Assembly (NCBI GenBank): GCA_051453625.1
Contig: JBOZIK010000001.1
Span: 26,726,252 to 26,774,675 of the forward strand
Source: Welwitschia mirabilis
Lineage: Eukaryota
Direction of reading: 5' to 3'
DNA length: 48,424 bases
Shown piece after piece: positions 25,401 through 36,379 of the stretch (position 1 is the first letter of the stretch; each line of letters opens with the position of its first letter). The translations under genes were made by a program, and so were the position numbers. The notes under the pieces are model-generated. The model saw nothing but the letters and a program-made list of their open reading frames with translations. It was not told the DNA's origin and did no database searches.

Positions 25401-28039
25401 ATTGGAAAATTTTAAATGTTTCTCCCCCACTGTATTATGAAAAGTATTCATTTGTGATTATGCTTCGCTTTGGATTATAGCAGAATCCAAATAAATTCTA
25501 AAGATAGAATTGTGTATATTTTGTAATAAACTATAGTTATTGGATACAATTATGAGTTTCTTAGTAGAATTTTAATAGGGAATACTCATTACTACTGCAG
25601 TTTAATCACTTATAGAAGTAGAGACGTCCACCTTACTAATGAAAAAACAGTGATAATTACATTATATCTTTTTCCTTTTCTATAACTTTGAAATTTTAGC
25701 TAGATTTACATCTTTATCAAAGGTGTTAAACATTTGCATTTGTACATCTAAAATGAATTAGTTATAATGTAATTTAAAATATTGAGATTTTGCATTTGTA
25801 GGTGTGCTAAAATGAATGAGTTATAGGATTTGATGAAAAACCTCCATATCATGATCAAAGATATTACATGCTAGAGTTAATGTGATTACATTTCATATCT
25901 AAACATAATATTATTATTCTTCCTATTGTTTTTGTTATAAAGTGGCTAAATTTTCAAAAGAGATATGTTGTATTATATTTAGTGCCTATTGTCTTATGAA
26001 GGTTTCAAACACTTCTTTAAGATGTTTAAAAGGAACTCAAGTTGGAATTGAACTATTCATAACCTTAAGGTTAGTCCAACGTGTAGGAAAACCTAAGGAA
26101 CTCTTGAGATTATCTACTATCTTTCAAAGTTATTTCAAATTCAACTCAAAATTCTTTGAAGTTTGAAGCTTGTTTTTAAATGAGTTTCATTGTGACATCA
26201 TCTTTTATTAGTATTTGTGCCATTATTTACATTAGAATAAGAAAAATGAATAGGGAATCATAAGAATCACCTATTGTAAATTTTCTATAGGCATGGTTCA
26301 CCATAACTCTTCTTCTAGGGATGGTTTTCTTAATAGTAACTCTTGAAATTGCCTAAATTCCTCTTCTTCAAATTCAATGTCATTATCTTAATGTGTGGAA
26401 CTGTGGATTGATGGTCTTCATCAAATTTTGATTCTTATTAAACACTATGGGATTCTCTAGATTTACCCTTTTGAGTTCCACGTTAGAGGATAAATTTTCA
26501 AAAATAATGATATGCCTTTATTGCTTTTAATTCCTACAAAGTCATATTATGTTTTTACTTGTAAAGCCATTTTCTAGTTTTTCAAGACTAAATAATTCAT
26601 GCTTAGAGCCACATTTAAATCATTGATTATCTTAGAATAAAACAATTGATTGAGTCCCATTAAGTGTGCTTGAAAATTCTTTAAACAAATTTTCTTTCTA
26701 CTGTTGTAAAATATACAAATGTTATATCCAATTATATAGCTATAATGAATGCATTTGTCTAGTAGATGACAAAACAGTTTCAGGATAAACTACCAAAATA
26801 TGTATTTAAAACTAACATTATATAGATGACTTTCTTAAGCATTGTTTATTTTATTTAAAATTTCTTAATTATGCATAATAGTCCTTTATTGATACACATC
26901 TTATCTTAATGAATACATGCTAATGTTGCTTTTCTCATGTCTACTATAATTATAATTTATTATTTGAAAAGCTTCCATCCTAAATTTTTTTAAATACCCT
27001 TAATAAGAATTTAAATATATTTAATTATAAACCTATTTTATTAAAAACAAAGATAACCTAAGAGCAAAACCGAAGAGTTTTTTATGTAATTGATGAAGAC
27101 ATGGGATGTAAATTAGAGAGGGATTTCTGTAACCATGACGATGAAAGAGTTTAAGCTTTCCAATAATCTCCACCTTTATAAGGGGGATTCAAATACAATA
27201 AATGTCATTGAATGTAGCTCCTAAAAAGCCTCACCATACAATTCCAAAGGTAAAATAGAACTAACATTTTGCTAAAAATTAACTCATTTGAAAACATAAC
27301 AAAATATAAATATGATTATAAATTCATCTTTTAACAAACCTTGATAAGCTTTATTTTGATTTGAGGGTTACTAATGAGCTATGGTATTAAGATTCTATTA
27401 AGTATCTATATTAACGGAATGTTAGTCTCTTTAATGAAACACTCATCCTTCACATAATAGATCATGTTTAAAACTTTTGGATTTCCTACTTTGCATGAAA
27501 ATTTTTATAAGTCCATAGCACTATTAAGTCATTTTTTCCTATAATCATTGTGGCTTTATGTTGCACTTAAAACTTCTAGTGATGGCATCCCCTTAAAGTG
27601 TAGCTTGCAATCATCGAAATGAATGAATTATCTATGTTTAAGGCCTCACAATGACCTCCCCTCAAAATTATAGCCATTAAAATCACCCAAATGAATGATT
27701 TTGAGGCCTTTCACCATGTCTAAGGGTTTTTCCATTCTTTAAGTATTTATATTTATATATTAGAGAAGGTCCCATAATATGCCAAGTGAAAGTTCTCCCG
27801 GCCTTTTAAGTATTTTTATATATATGTTAAATATAGAAATGTACTAATTCTATTGTATGTTAATTTCTTGAAAAAATCTTTTAAAAATACCTTTTCAAGG
27901 AATCTTTTAACTTTTTAAAAATCTTAAATGTATCTTCTAAATGTTTACTTCTCAATTTGCGATACATAATAATGCTTCTCATAAATAGAAAACAATTCCT
28001 CTGTGTCTCTGACTACAGGTTTGCTCTAACATACATTTT

Positions 28040-28215
28040 ATTCAGAAAATTCAGGCCCTCAGGATCTCCGATTCGTATGGAACGGGGTACTGCCGGCTTA
28101 ATAAAGCCCTGGCGTAGTCGTTACAGGTTAGTTTTGGGCATGGATTGCAGAAGCGCCCAAAGCTACTTAGTTTCGCATTAATACCAGTCACTGGGAAGAA
28201 TTCACTGAATAGCAA
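28040..28215 (+). promoter_or_regulatory. Probable proximal promoter / 5' UTR of ERCC1
   Basis: Abrupt shift from AT-rich, CpG-poor DNA to GC-richer, CpG-retaining sequence just upstream of the ATG. The transcription start cannot be placed. Confidence 0.5.
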
Positions 28216-28481
28216 ATGGAGAAAGAGGAGAACCCAACGCAGCAAAAATTATTGATCAAAGTACCATCATATCAAGAGGTTTTGGAGAAGTCCGAACCCA
28301 AATCTCTTCCCTCGATATTTCGACCATCGTTATCCACATCATCGATAGACTCAGGGGCACCAAGCTCATCATCTGCTTCTACTTTCAGCCAGGCTTTTTC
28401 ATTTGTAAAGCAAACCGAATTCTATACCCCTCCCCCAGCCGTATCTCAACCGCCTGACCGACCGTCATCAAGTCATAGAGG
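28216..28481 (+). CDS. ERCC1: DNA excision repair protein ERCC-1, coding exon 1 (266 nt, ends phase 2)
   Basis: MEKEENPTQQKLLIKVPSYQEVLEKSEPKSLPSIFRPS...TFSQAFSFVKQTEFYTPPP matches plant ERCC1 N-terminal motifs (VPSYQEV, SFSQAFxF). Donor GTATTT at 28482. Confidence 0.92.
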
Positions 28482-28578
28482 GTATTTATGAAATCTGATA
28501 AGTCATTTCCTTTTTGCTGCGGGTTTTATGCACTGCTTCTGAGAATTATGAAACCCAAGTTCTGTGTAATTGTTACAG

Positions 28579-28639
28579 AAATGTTCAGTTTTCTTCCATG
28601 TCACAAGGACAGAATGGAATCATTGTAAGCAGAAGACAG
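28579..28639 (+). CDS. ERCC1: ERCC-1 coding exon 2 (61 nt, ends phase 0)
   Basis: TTACAG acceptor and CAG/GTATTA donor. Encodes (G)NVQFSSMSQGQNGIIVSRRQ, matching the N[AS]I[LI]VSxRQ start of the Rad10 central domain. Phase fits exons 1 and 3. Not in the ORF track in this frame. Confidence 0.92.
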
Positions 28640-29381
28640 GTATTACAAAATATCTGTACCATCTTTTAGAAGAACCCTGCTTTACGGCATCCTTTAATAC
28701 ACTGTATGCATGTTTTTTTGGATTCTTGTTTTCAGAAATTATTATAACATAGTTAATGTTATTTGGTTTGTTGTGGATGAGGATGGTAAATGTCATTTCT
28801 CAATTTTTTTGTTAAGACGAAGCGGTATCGAACATCGGGCTAAATCTACAGAATTAAACTTAAAACATTTTATGGTTTGTTAGGGACACGAGAAAAATGC
28901 CATTACAACTCTTAGTGCTATTGTGCAATTTAGATTACGCATTTTGTGGGTTTCCATTTATTTTGAATTGAGTAGTGTAAAAACAAGTCGCTCTTAGAAA
29001 CTTAAGTTCATTGTTTTCTGACTCCTGATTTTTGTTTCTCTGCTGCAGTGCAGATTTTCTCTTCTTGCATTTAATGTTAGATGTCAATATTTATGGTTTT
29101 TTAAATAACTTAACAAATCAGCATTTACATTAGAAGGCTGGTACTAAAGAGTAGTATCAAGGAACATCATGCTTGACATCTCAAAGGTGTCAAGTGCAAC
29201 ATAACATACCATATTTTCATGTTGGAAACAATTTTCAGATTGAAGACAATAAGACTATGTTGGTGTTTAACAACATTATTAAACTGGATGCTGGATGCAT
29301 GTTATTGTAAGTTGGAGACTATTTTGGAAGCAATGAGAAATCTGCTATGTGAATGAAAGTCTCTCCATCTTCTTCGATCCA

Positions 29382-29625
29382 AGGCCTCAGAGTTTAATTG
29401 GTTTTGTAATGCTTATTTCTTTGTTGAGTCAATGATCTAATTTTCCTAGTTCACAGCCTTCTACTACACACCAATCCCCACTCCGACTGTTGTTATTGTG
29501 GCTTATAGGCCTGGAAGTTCAATTGGTTTTTGTAATGATTATTTATTTGTTGATTCAATGATCTACCATTCCTAGTTTAGAGCCTCCTACTACACACCAA
29601 TCCCAACTATTGTTATTGTGGCTTA
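29382..29625 (+). repeat. Diverged two-copy tandem duplication (~125-bp unit) in ERCC1 intron 2
   Basis: AGGCCT...CTACTACACACCAATCCC...TTGTTATTGTGGCTTA starts at 29382 and again at 29507. Confidence 0.9.
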
Positions 29626-30422
29626 CATACTTCGTGGAAGTTGCTTTCAGTGTTGACATTGTTATTTTTGATGACTTTCACTCTTTTNNNNNNNNNNTCT
29701 ATATTGTGCTTGTTCTTTAACAATATTCATCTCTTCATGTACTTCACATATTACTGTTTGAATAAATTTAGTATCACACATCCCCTCTTTTCTTTTCAAA
29801 ATTTCTTCTTTTATAGGCATAAAGGAGCTCCTTATTTCTAATTGAGGAACTTTGCTGATGTATCCTTATGTTTCATTCATAGACATCTTGTTTGCCGCGT
29901 TTTAGATATAAGCTTCAGAATCTTTTCCCCCCTTTAAGCAATCATTTCCTTTTTAGTTGTGGTGTCTGCTATTTGCATAGGTGTTTGACCATCACTTCTC
30001 ACAGTTCAACATTTTGTGTTGTTCCCAAGGAAATGAGTCTTTGTGAGAACAACAAATTGCTTACTTTAATCTAGAAACAAGGTGAAGTCTTTAGTCTTAT
30101 TTTCTGATTATTTTACATTAATCATTCAATTACCATAACCATTACTATTTTAACCCAAATTTATCTATTTCAAGCAAGATCCCACTTTGCATGAGCCTGG
30201 TGACTATGGCTTAGTCTAATAAAGCACTCTGCACCTTGCCTTACTATGGTTGCTTTTGTTTGTTTTTTGTGGTTGTGTGTTCTAGGGTCTTCCACACAAT
30301 GTTTTTCATATGCCTTTAGGTATGAGTCTCGATAGACAATTGTTTCAAGAGCATATAATAGAAGGGGTGAGTGTACAATATTCCTGAATGGCTAGAACAA
30401 ATCTAGCTTTAGACCTACCTAG

Positions 30423-31195
30423 CCATGTGGCTGATCCCTCTCCTGTGTCAAAAGTGTTATTATAATCATACCTCCATTGATCAGAGTGGATTGCAAAGCA
30501 TTCTTTTGTTTTGCAGATTTCAAATCACCATATCGCTTTGAGCAGACTATGGTTTGTTGTAGATTGTGAATTAAAAAAATAGAAAATCAATAGATTCTAC
30601 TATTTTTTTGACGTTCTTGCAATTGTGATGACAATAAGTTGCAGATCCAATATAATTTCAATGTCCCTGATTATTTTAAAAGAGAGCGTATTGGCAATTG
30701 AGCATTGTATTATTTAAAATATTAAACCTTTATAAAGTGTGAACACATAAGTAGTAAAGAACTAGTTCTAAAATCTGATGTTTCCCAAAGAAAATCTTTG
30801 CTGTTCCAGAAATAGTTCAAAACTGATAAGAAACTCTTTGAATCTAGTTTGAAATGATCAAACCTTCAGGGAAAAAATTCACTTTTGTTGTATTGCCTTA
30901 CTATTTCAATAGAAAATATGAACTGCTAGAATGAGAAATGTATGATAGAATGAAGCATCTTCATATTTTTAAATCAAAATGCAATTAAAAATGACAGGTG
31001 ATCTAGAGAGTTTTGGATCGCTTTGGATCATGATGCAAAGTGGACTTGCTTTTGATCCTGATTTGTAGCCTCTGGATCATGATTGATCACAATTCACAAG
31101 GAATCGTGATCTAGGACCAATCTAAAGCACTTTAGTTGGAATTATAATCTGAATCGTTTGGATTGCGATTTTGATTGGATCTAGATAAATATGGT
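30423..31195. mobile_element. Possible decayed GATC-rich MITE
   Basis: Dense GATC/GAATC motifs at 31000-31190. Weak terminal similarity between CCATGTGGCTGATCC and GGATCTAGATAAATATGG. No TSD found. Confidence 0.3.
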
Positions 31196-31302
31196 TATAA
31201 TCAATATCTTGAGTAAGTCTAGATTTCCCATGATCATCATCTTCTTTACTAAATTTTGAGTAAATATTTGGCTTCTTCTGTGGTACACCCATAGCGCTCA
31301 CC

Positions 31303-31606
31303 ATGCTAACTTACTCTTCTTTTATATTCCCTTTTGTTTGACTTATGAAGTCATGTTACTTTGGTAAAACTACTTTGTAGTGTGATAAAACTTTAAAAGC
31401 CTAAAAAAGGGGAGTTAGGGTTAAAACCCTAAAAGGGTGTTTATAAAAGGGAGATGTGGTTGGAACTTATTATCATCTTTTTATTTTTTGCTCCAAAGTA
31501 CTAATAAGACTGTGCATTGCTTTTGCATCGTAAGGGTTTCCATGTAAAACTCTTGTGCACTATTCTTTTTTGCTTGTTGTTTTTCTTTTGTTGCGTTTGT
31601 TTTACA
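31303..31606 (+). repeat. 5' LTR of the Tork-like Copia (outer ~20-30 bp missing)
   Basis: Colinear with the 3' LTR from TTTATATTCCCTTTTGTTTGACTTATGAAG to TTTTACA. Lacks the TGTAAGCCAAATCC start. Confidence 0.85.
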
Positions 31607-31763
31607 ACAACTAGTATCAGAGCTTTGGTTGGAGGTTTTGGGAGCTTTTCTTAGTTTGTATGAGTGAAGCTTATGCATGTAGCAAGCGGAGTGAGGGGAA
31701 ATTTTCCTGGGTCTGTTCGTGTAGTTCGATGCAACTAATTTTTCATTCGTTCGGTAAGTCGAA

Positions 31764-34700
31764 ATGGAAAGGATCAATATGACGAATAAACTTCTAGGAC
31801 AAAATTGGAGCATTTGGAGCGTTTTGATGAAGGCTGTCATGGCTGAGAAGGATTGTCTGGAAGCTCTTGGTGCGTCTAAACCCTTGCTCACAAAGGATGA
31901 AGATTGAACAAAGCTTAAGGTCAAAGCGCTATCAGACATTCATTCAAGGATAGGCAGTGGTGTCCTAATGTCCATCAAAATTGACATGGACCTATATGAT
32001 CTTTGGTAGGTTTTGAAAAACAGGTTTGACAAAGCTTCCAGTATAAATACTTTTTATATATACTAGAGTGTTTTTAGGGCTAGGAAAGAGCTAGAGGTTT
32101 CACTTCAAGAAGATCTAGATGAGATGATTGGCAACTTGAACAAGTTAGAAGAGTATAAGATCACAATCCTGGATTTGGTCAAGTCATATGCACTTTTGGA
32201 TTTTGTGCTAGTTTCGGGGTCTACTGTAGTGACCTTAACCACTATGTCGATGAACATTTCTACGATGACATTATAGCAAGTTGTTATTACCCTCCAAAAT
32301 CCCAAGGGAAGAATAGTTTAAGGGGCATTTACAGTGGAAGGTGGAGGCAAGAACCAAGGGAGGGACTAGAGTAGAAGGAAAAGCAAGAGCAAAGGAGTTC
32401 CGTGGGATAGACACATGGAATGCTGATTCTGTAAGAAAAGGGGGAATGCAAAGGACTGTTATGCCTTCAAAAGATCGATGGAAGTAAATGCTGTTGCAAA
32501 GAAAAATGGTGAACCTTCAAGCTCTAGCTAGGCGGATAGAGATGCACGTTTGACTCTTATTTGTTTAGATTCCTTACCAAACGTGAGTCAAGAATATGAA
32601 GATTTCTAGGTATTAGACAATGGTGCTTCCTTTCACATCTGTCGAATGAGGGACTGTTTTAGCTCTCATTAGGAATATTTCTCTAGTGTAGTTTGAGTTG
32701 CAGATAGTAGGGAATTCAAAAATGAAGGAATGGGTACTTTTGTCTTGAAGCAAGAAGATGGACGACATGTTACTATAGAAAATGTTAGACAAGTTTGGGA
32801 AATAACCCCAAATGTACTATCTATAGGATAATTTGATGAGCTGTGTTATAGGCTATCTTTTTCTGGAGATATCTGGAAAATGAGCAAAGGTGCCATGACT
32901 ATTTTGAAAGGGACCAAGGAAGGCTCCATGTACACCTTGCATGCTGCTACTGTTATGAAGCAAGGAGAGATTGCTACTGTTACAGTAGATTCAAACTTGT
33001 GGCATAGCCAACTGGGACACTATTGTCAATTTGCTTTGAAGACAGTGTAGTGCAAAGCCATCATTCCTTTGCCTGTTTGTAGTGCAAAGCCATCATTCCT
33101 TTGCCTGTTTGTAGCTTTGATTTCTGTAAAGACCATGAAGTTGGAAAGAAATTGGAAAGTCACATACAATATATATTAAAAGGAATGAACATCATCGAAG
33201 TAGCAGTAAGTTAGAACTTGTTTACTTTGATGTTGTTGGTCCCTTTGAAACTCCATCTATTGTTGGTGGTTTGCATTACTTCATTACCTTTGTTAATGAT
33301 TTTAGCTGTAAAATTTGGGTCTGTCCTTTCAAGTTCAAGGACTTGCTACTTGATGTTTTTAAGAGGTTCTTGCCCAGATTGAGACACAAACAGGGCTGAA
33401 AGTTAAGAAATTTTTGTCTGATAAAGGAGGTGAATACGCTGATGTGCTTTTCTTGTTTTTTGGGCTCAAAAGGGGATCATACACAAGCACACTAGTCCTA
33501 AAACACCACAACAAAATGGAGTGGCTGAGAGGTTCAATAGGACTTTGTTGGAGCATGCAAGAAGCATGCTTGCAGATGTAGGTCTTGCAGAATCGTTTTG
33601 GGCGGAAGCAGTTAGCATTATTGCATACTTTATCAACAGGTTGCCTCATTTAGCACCAGATAGACTATTCTCAAAGTATTGTGCAGAGGAGACGATATCT
33701 CCTACTCACATCTACAAGTTTCTGAGTGTGAGTCCTATGTGCATGTTCAAAAGTCACATAGGTCCAAATTAGATGATAGGGCATGTAGATGCATCTTTGT
33801 TGGACATGGTAATGATGATTTTGGTTACAGGATTTGGGGACCCTCCTTGCAAACAAGTAGTTAGATCCAGGGATGTCACTTTCAGAGAAGATTCTCTGTT
33901 TTATCCATAGCAGGTTCAGAATCAAGATGGTGAAATGTTTGATTTTAGCATCTCTGAGCAAGAGCTTGTTAAAATGTTTGCTCATGATGATGATGATGAT
34001 GAAAGTGAGTAGCAAGAAAGGTAGCTAGAAGACATGGCTGAAAAGGAAGATTTATAGGTTGAAAATGAACATGAGGAGCAAGAGGCTAAAGATCAAGAAT
34101 GAGTGAATCACTAACATTTGGTGAGAAGGTCCACTAGGGCGTGCAGGCAACCAGATAGGTATTGTCTATCTTTGAATTATGCTTTGATTACTAATAGTGG
34201 AGAGCCTAAAACATTTGCAAAAGTTAAAACTTCTCCTAACGTGGAGAAGTGGAGGCAACAATGAAGGAAGAATGGAAGTCCCTCAATGATAACCATATGT
34301 GGCACTTGGCACCCCTTCCAAATGGGGGAAGGACATTGAAAAGTCAATGGGTTTTCCAGCTGAAAACAGATTCTAATGGCACAAAAATATACAAAGCGAG
34401 GAGGGTTCTGAAGGGCTATCAACAAAAGCTTGGTATTGATTTCATAGAAATATTCTCACTTGTTGTGAAGCATTCTTTTATTAATATTGTTTTATCACTA
34501 ATTGCGTCTCTAAATTTAGAACTAGAACGACTTGATGTTAAAACAGGATTCTTATATGGGGACCTAGATGAAGAAATTTACATGCNNNNNNNNNNNNNNN
34601 NNNNNNNNNNNNNNNNNNNNNNNNNNNNNNNNNNNNNNNNNNNNNNNNNNNNNNNNNNNNNNNNNNNNNNNNNNNNNNNNNNNNNAAGAAATTTACCTGC

Positions 34701-35861
34701 AACAACCTAAAGGTTTCATTGATAAAAGGAAACTAGATTTGGTCTGCAAGTTAAATAGGAGCTTGTGTGCACCAAAACAAGCTGCCAGGCAGCGATATAG
34801 GAAGTTTCATGCTTTCATGAAGGAGTAGTGATACACAAGAAGCAACTTTGACCATTGCGTTTATGTTTCAGATAATTTAAGTGGCAAATTTTGTATTCTT
34901 TTCCTGTATGTTAATGACATGCTGGTTGCATGAAGCAACAACAATGAAATAAAACACTTGAAGGTAAAATGGACAAGAAATTTGCCATGAAAGACCTTGG
35001 ACCAGCAAGGCAACTCTTAGGAATGCAGATTGAAAGGGGTAGAAAGAAGGGGCTGCTATGGTTGAGTCAATGTGAGTACATTTCCAAGGTGTTGGAAAGA
35101 TTTAGATTGACAAATGCATGCACTTTAAGTGCTCCTCTAGCTCCACATTTCAAACGTGGCAAGTGTGATGATGCTAATGATAAAATAGGTTTTGAAGATG
35201 TTCCATACACATTAGTAGTTGGTTCATCGATGTATGCTATGGTTTGTACTAGGCCAGATATAGCACATGTTGTTGGTGTTATCAGCAGGTTTATGAGTTG
35301 TCTAGGTTGGTCATATTGAACAGCAGTAAAATGGATCTTTAGGTATCTAAAAGGTACTCAAGGTTACAAGCTGCAGTATGGAGGAGGCAAATTGGAAGTT
35401 TAAGGCTTTGTGGATGCAAACTATGCTACTAATTTGGACACTAGAAGGTGCACTACAAGTTGTGTTTTTGTTTTGGAGGTAGCACAGTTAGTTGGCAATC
35501 TAGACTTTAGCAGTTGGCAACTTTGTCAACTACAAAAGCAGAATATGTGGTGTTAGTTGAAGCCTTCAAAGAGATTTTGTTGTTGCATGGATTTCTATGC
35601 TTTTTGGGATTGAAAGAAGAACAGTTTCATGTGTTCTGTGATAGTTAGAGTGCCATATTTTTTGCAAAGAACCCTGCTTATCATGAAAGGACTAAACACA
35701 AAAATGTTAGGTACCATTTCATAAGGGACATCATGGAGAAGAAAAAGCTGAGTGTGCTAAAAGTGTACATAGATAAAAATGTAGTTGATACTTTGACAAA
35801 GACTATGGCTATAGAGAAGAATATCTTCTGTAGCAAGGTGTTTGGGTTGGTAGTGACGTGA
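31764..35861 (+). pseudogene. Copia gag-pol polyprotein pseudogene
   Basis: gag NWSIWSVLMKAVM; knuckle C*FCKKRGNAKDC; protease VLDNGASFHIC; LWHSQLGH; integrase LELVYFDVVGP, SDKGGEY, QQNGVAERFNRTLLEHARSML; RT YKARRVLKGY, LDVKTGFLYGDLDEEIYM, LYVNDML, CTRPDIAH; RNase H FVDANYA, STTKAEY, HERTKHKNVRYHFIRD. Multiple stops and frameshifts. Confidence 0.95.
33046..33114 (+). repeat. Perfect 32-bp tandem duplication inside the Copia GAG-pre-integrase region
   Basis: TGTAGTGCAAAGCCATCATTCCTTTGCCTGTT twice, followed by TGTAG. Confidence 0.92.
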
Positions 35862-35931
35862 AGATAAAGGCTTGGAAAGTAGTGCACCCCTTGATTCTTG
35901 GAGCAATGTTTGTCTTTTCAAGGGGGAAGAA

Positions 35932-36263
35932 TGTAAGCCAAATCCTTTTTATGCTAATTTTATATTCCCTTTTGTTTGACTTATGAAGTCATGTTACTTT
36001 TGTAAAATTACTTTGTAGTGTGATAAAACCCTAAAAGGGTGAAAAAGGGGGAGTTAGGGTTACAACCGTTTACAACCTTGAAAGTGTGGTTATAAAAAGA
36101 AGATGCGGCTATAACCTATTATCATCTTTTTATTTGCTTCAAAGCGCTAGTAAGAGCTATGCACTGCTTTTTCGTGGTTTTTTCCTGCAAGGGTTTCCAT
36201 GTAAAATTCCTGTGTGCTATTCCTTTTTGCTTGCTATGTTTCTTTTGCTGCTTTTGTTTTACA
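35932..36263 (+). repeat. 3' LTR of the Tork-like Copia (332 bp, TGTAA...TTACA)
   Basis: Follows the PPT directly, has 5-bp terminal inverted repeats, and is homologous to the 5' LTR. Confidence 0.9.
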
Positions 36264-36379
36264 AGAGCATTGATATCTATTATTTTGTCACTGACCTCAG
36301 TTTTAGAGCAATAATTGAATCATGCATTTCATGCATAAGGCCCCCCCAAGCTATCAACCATTGCTTTGCTAGCAAAAAT

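Larger units (their letters stand above)
31303..36263 (+). mobile_element. Ty1/Copia LTR retrotransposon, Tnt1/Tork-like, near full length, decayed, in ERCC1 intron 2
   Basis: Two LTRs, tRNA-iMet PBS TAGTATCAGAGC (31612-31623, from TGGTATCAGAGC), PPT AGGGGGAAGAA (35921-35931), and gag-PR-INT-RT-RH order. Confidence 0.93.

Noticed and set aside
28482..28491. Single-exon 91-aa protein ending RGYL*
   Set aside because: The tail is intron read-through; splicing at 28481 joins exon 2 in frame to the conserved ERCC1 domain.
31481..31939. 152-aa minus-strand ORF and other short ORFs over transposons (e.g. 40803-41201, 36086-36406)
   Set aside because: Antisense or shadow frames of gag and LTR sequence with no recognisable domain.
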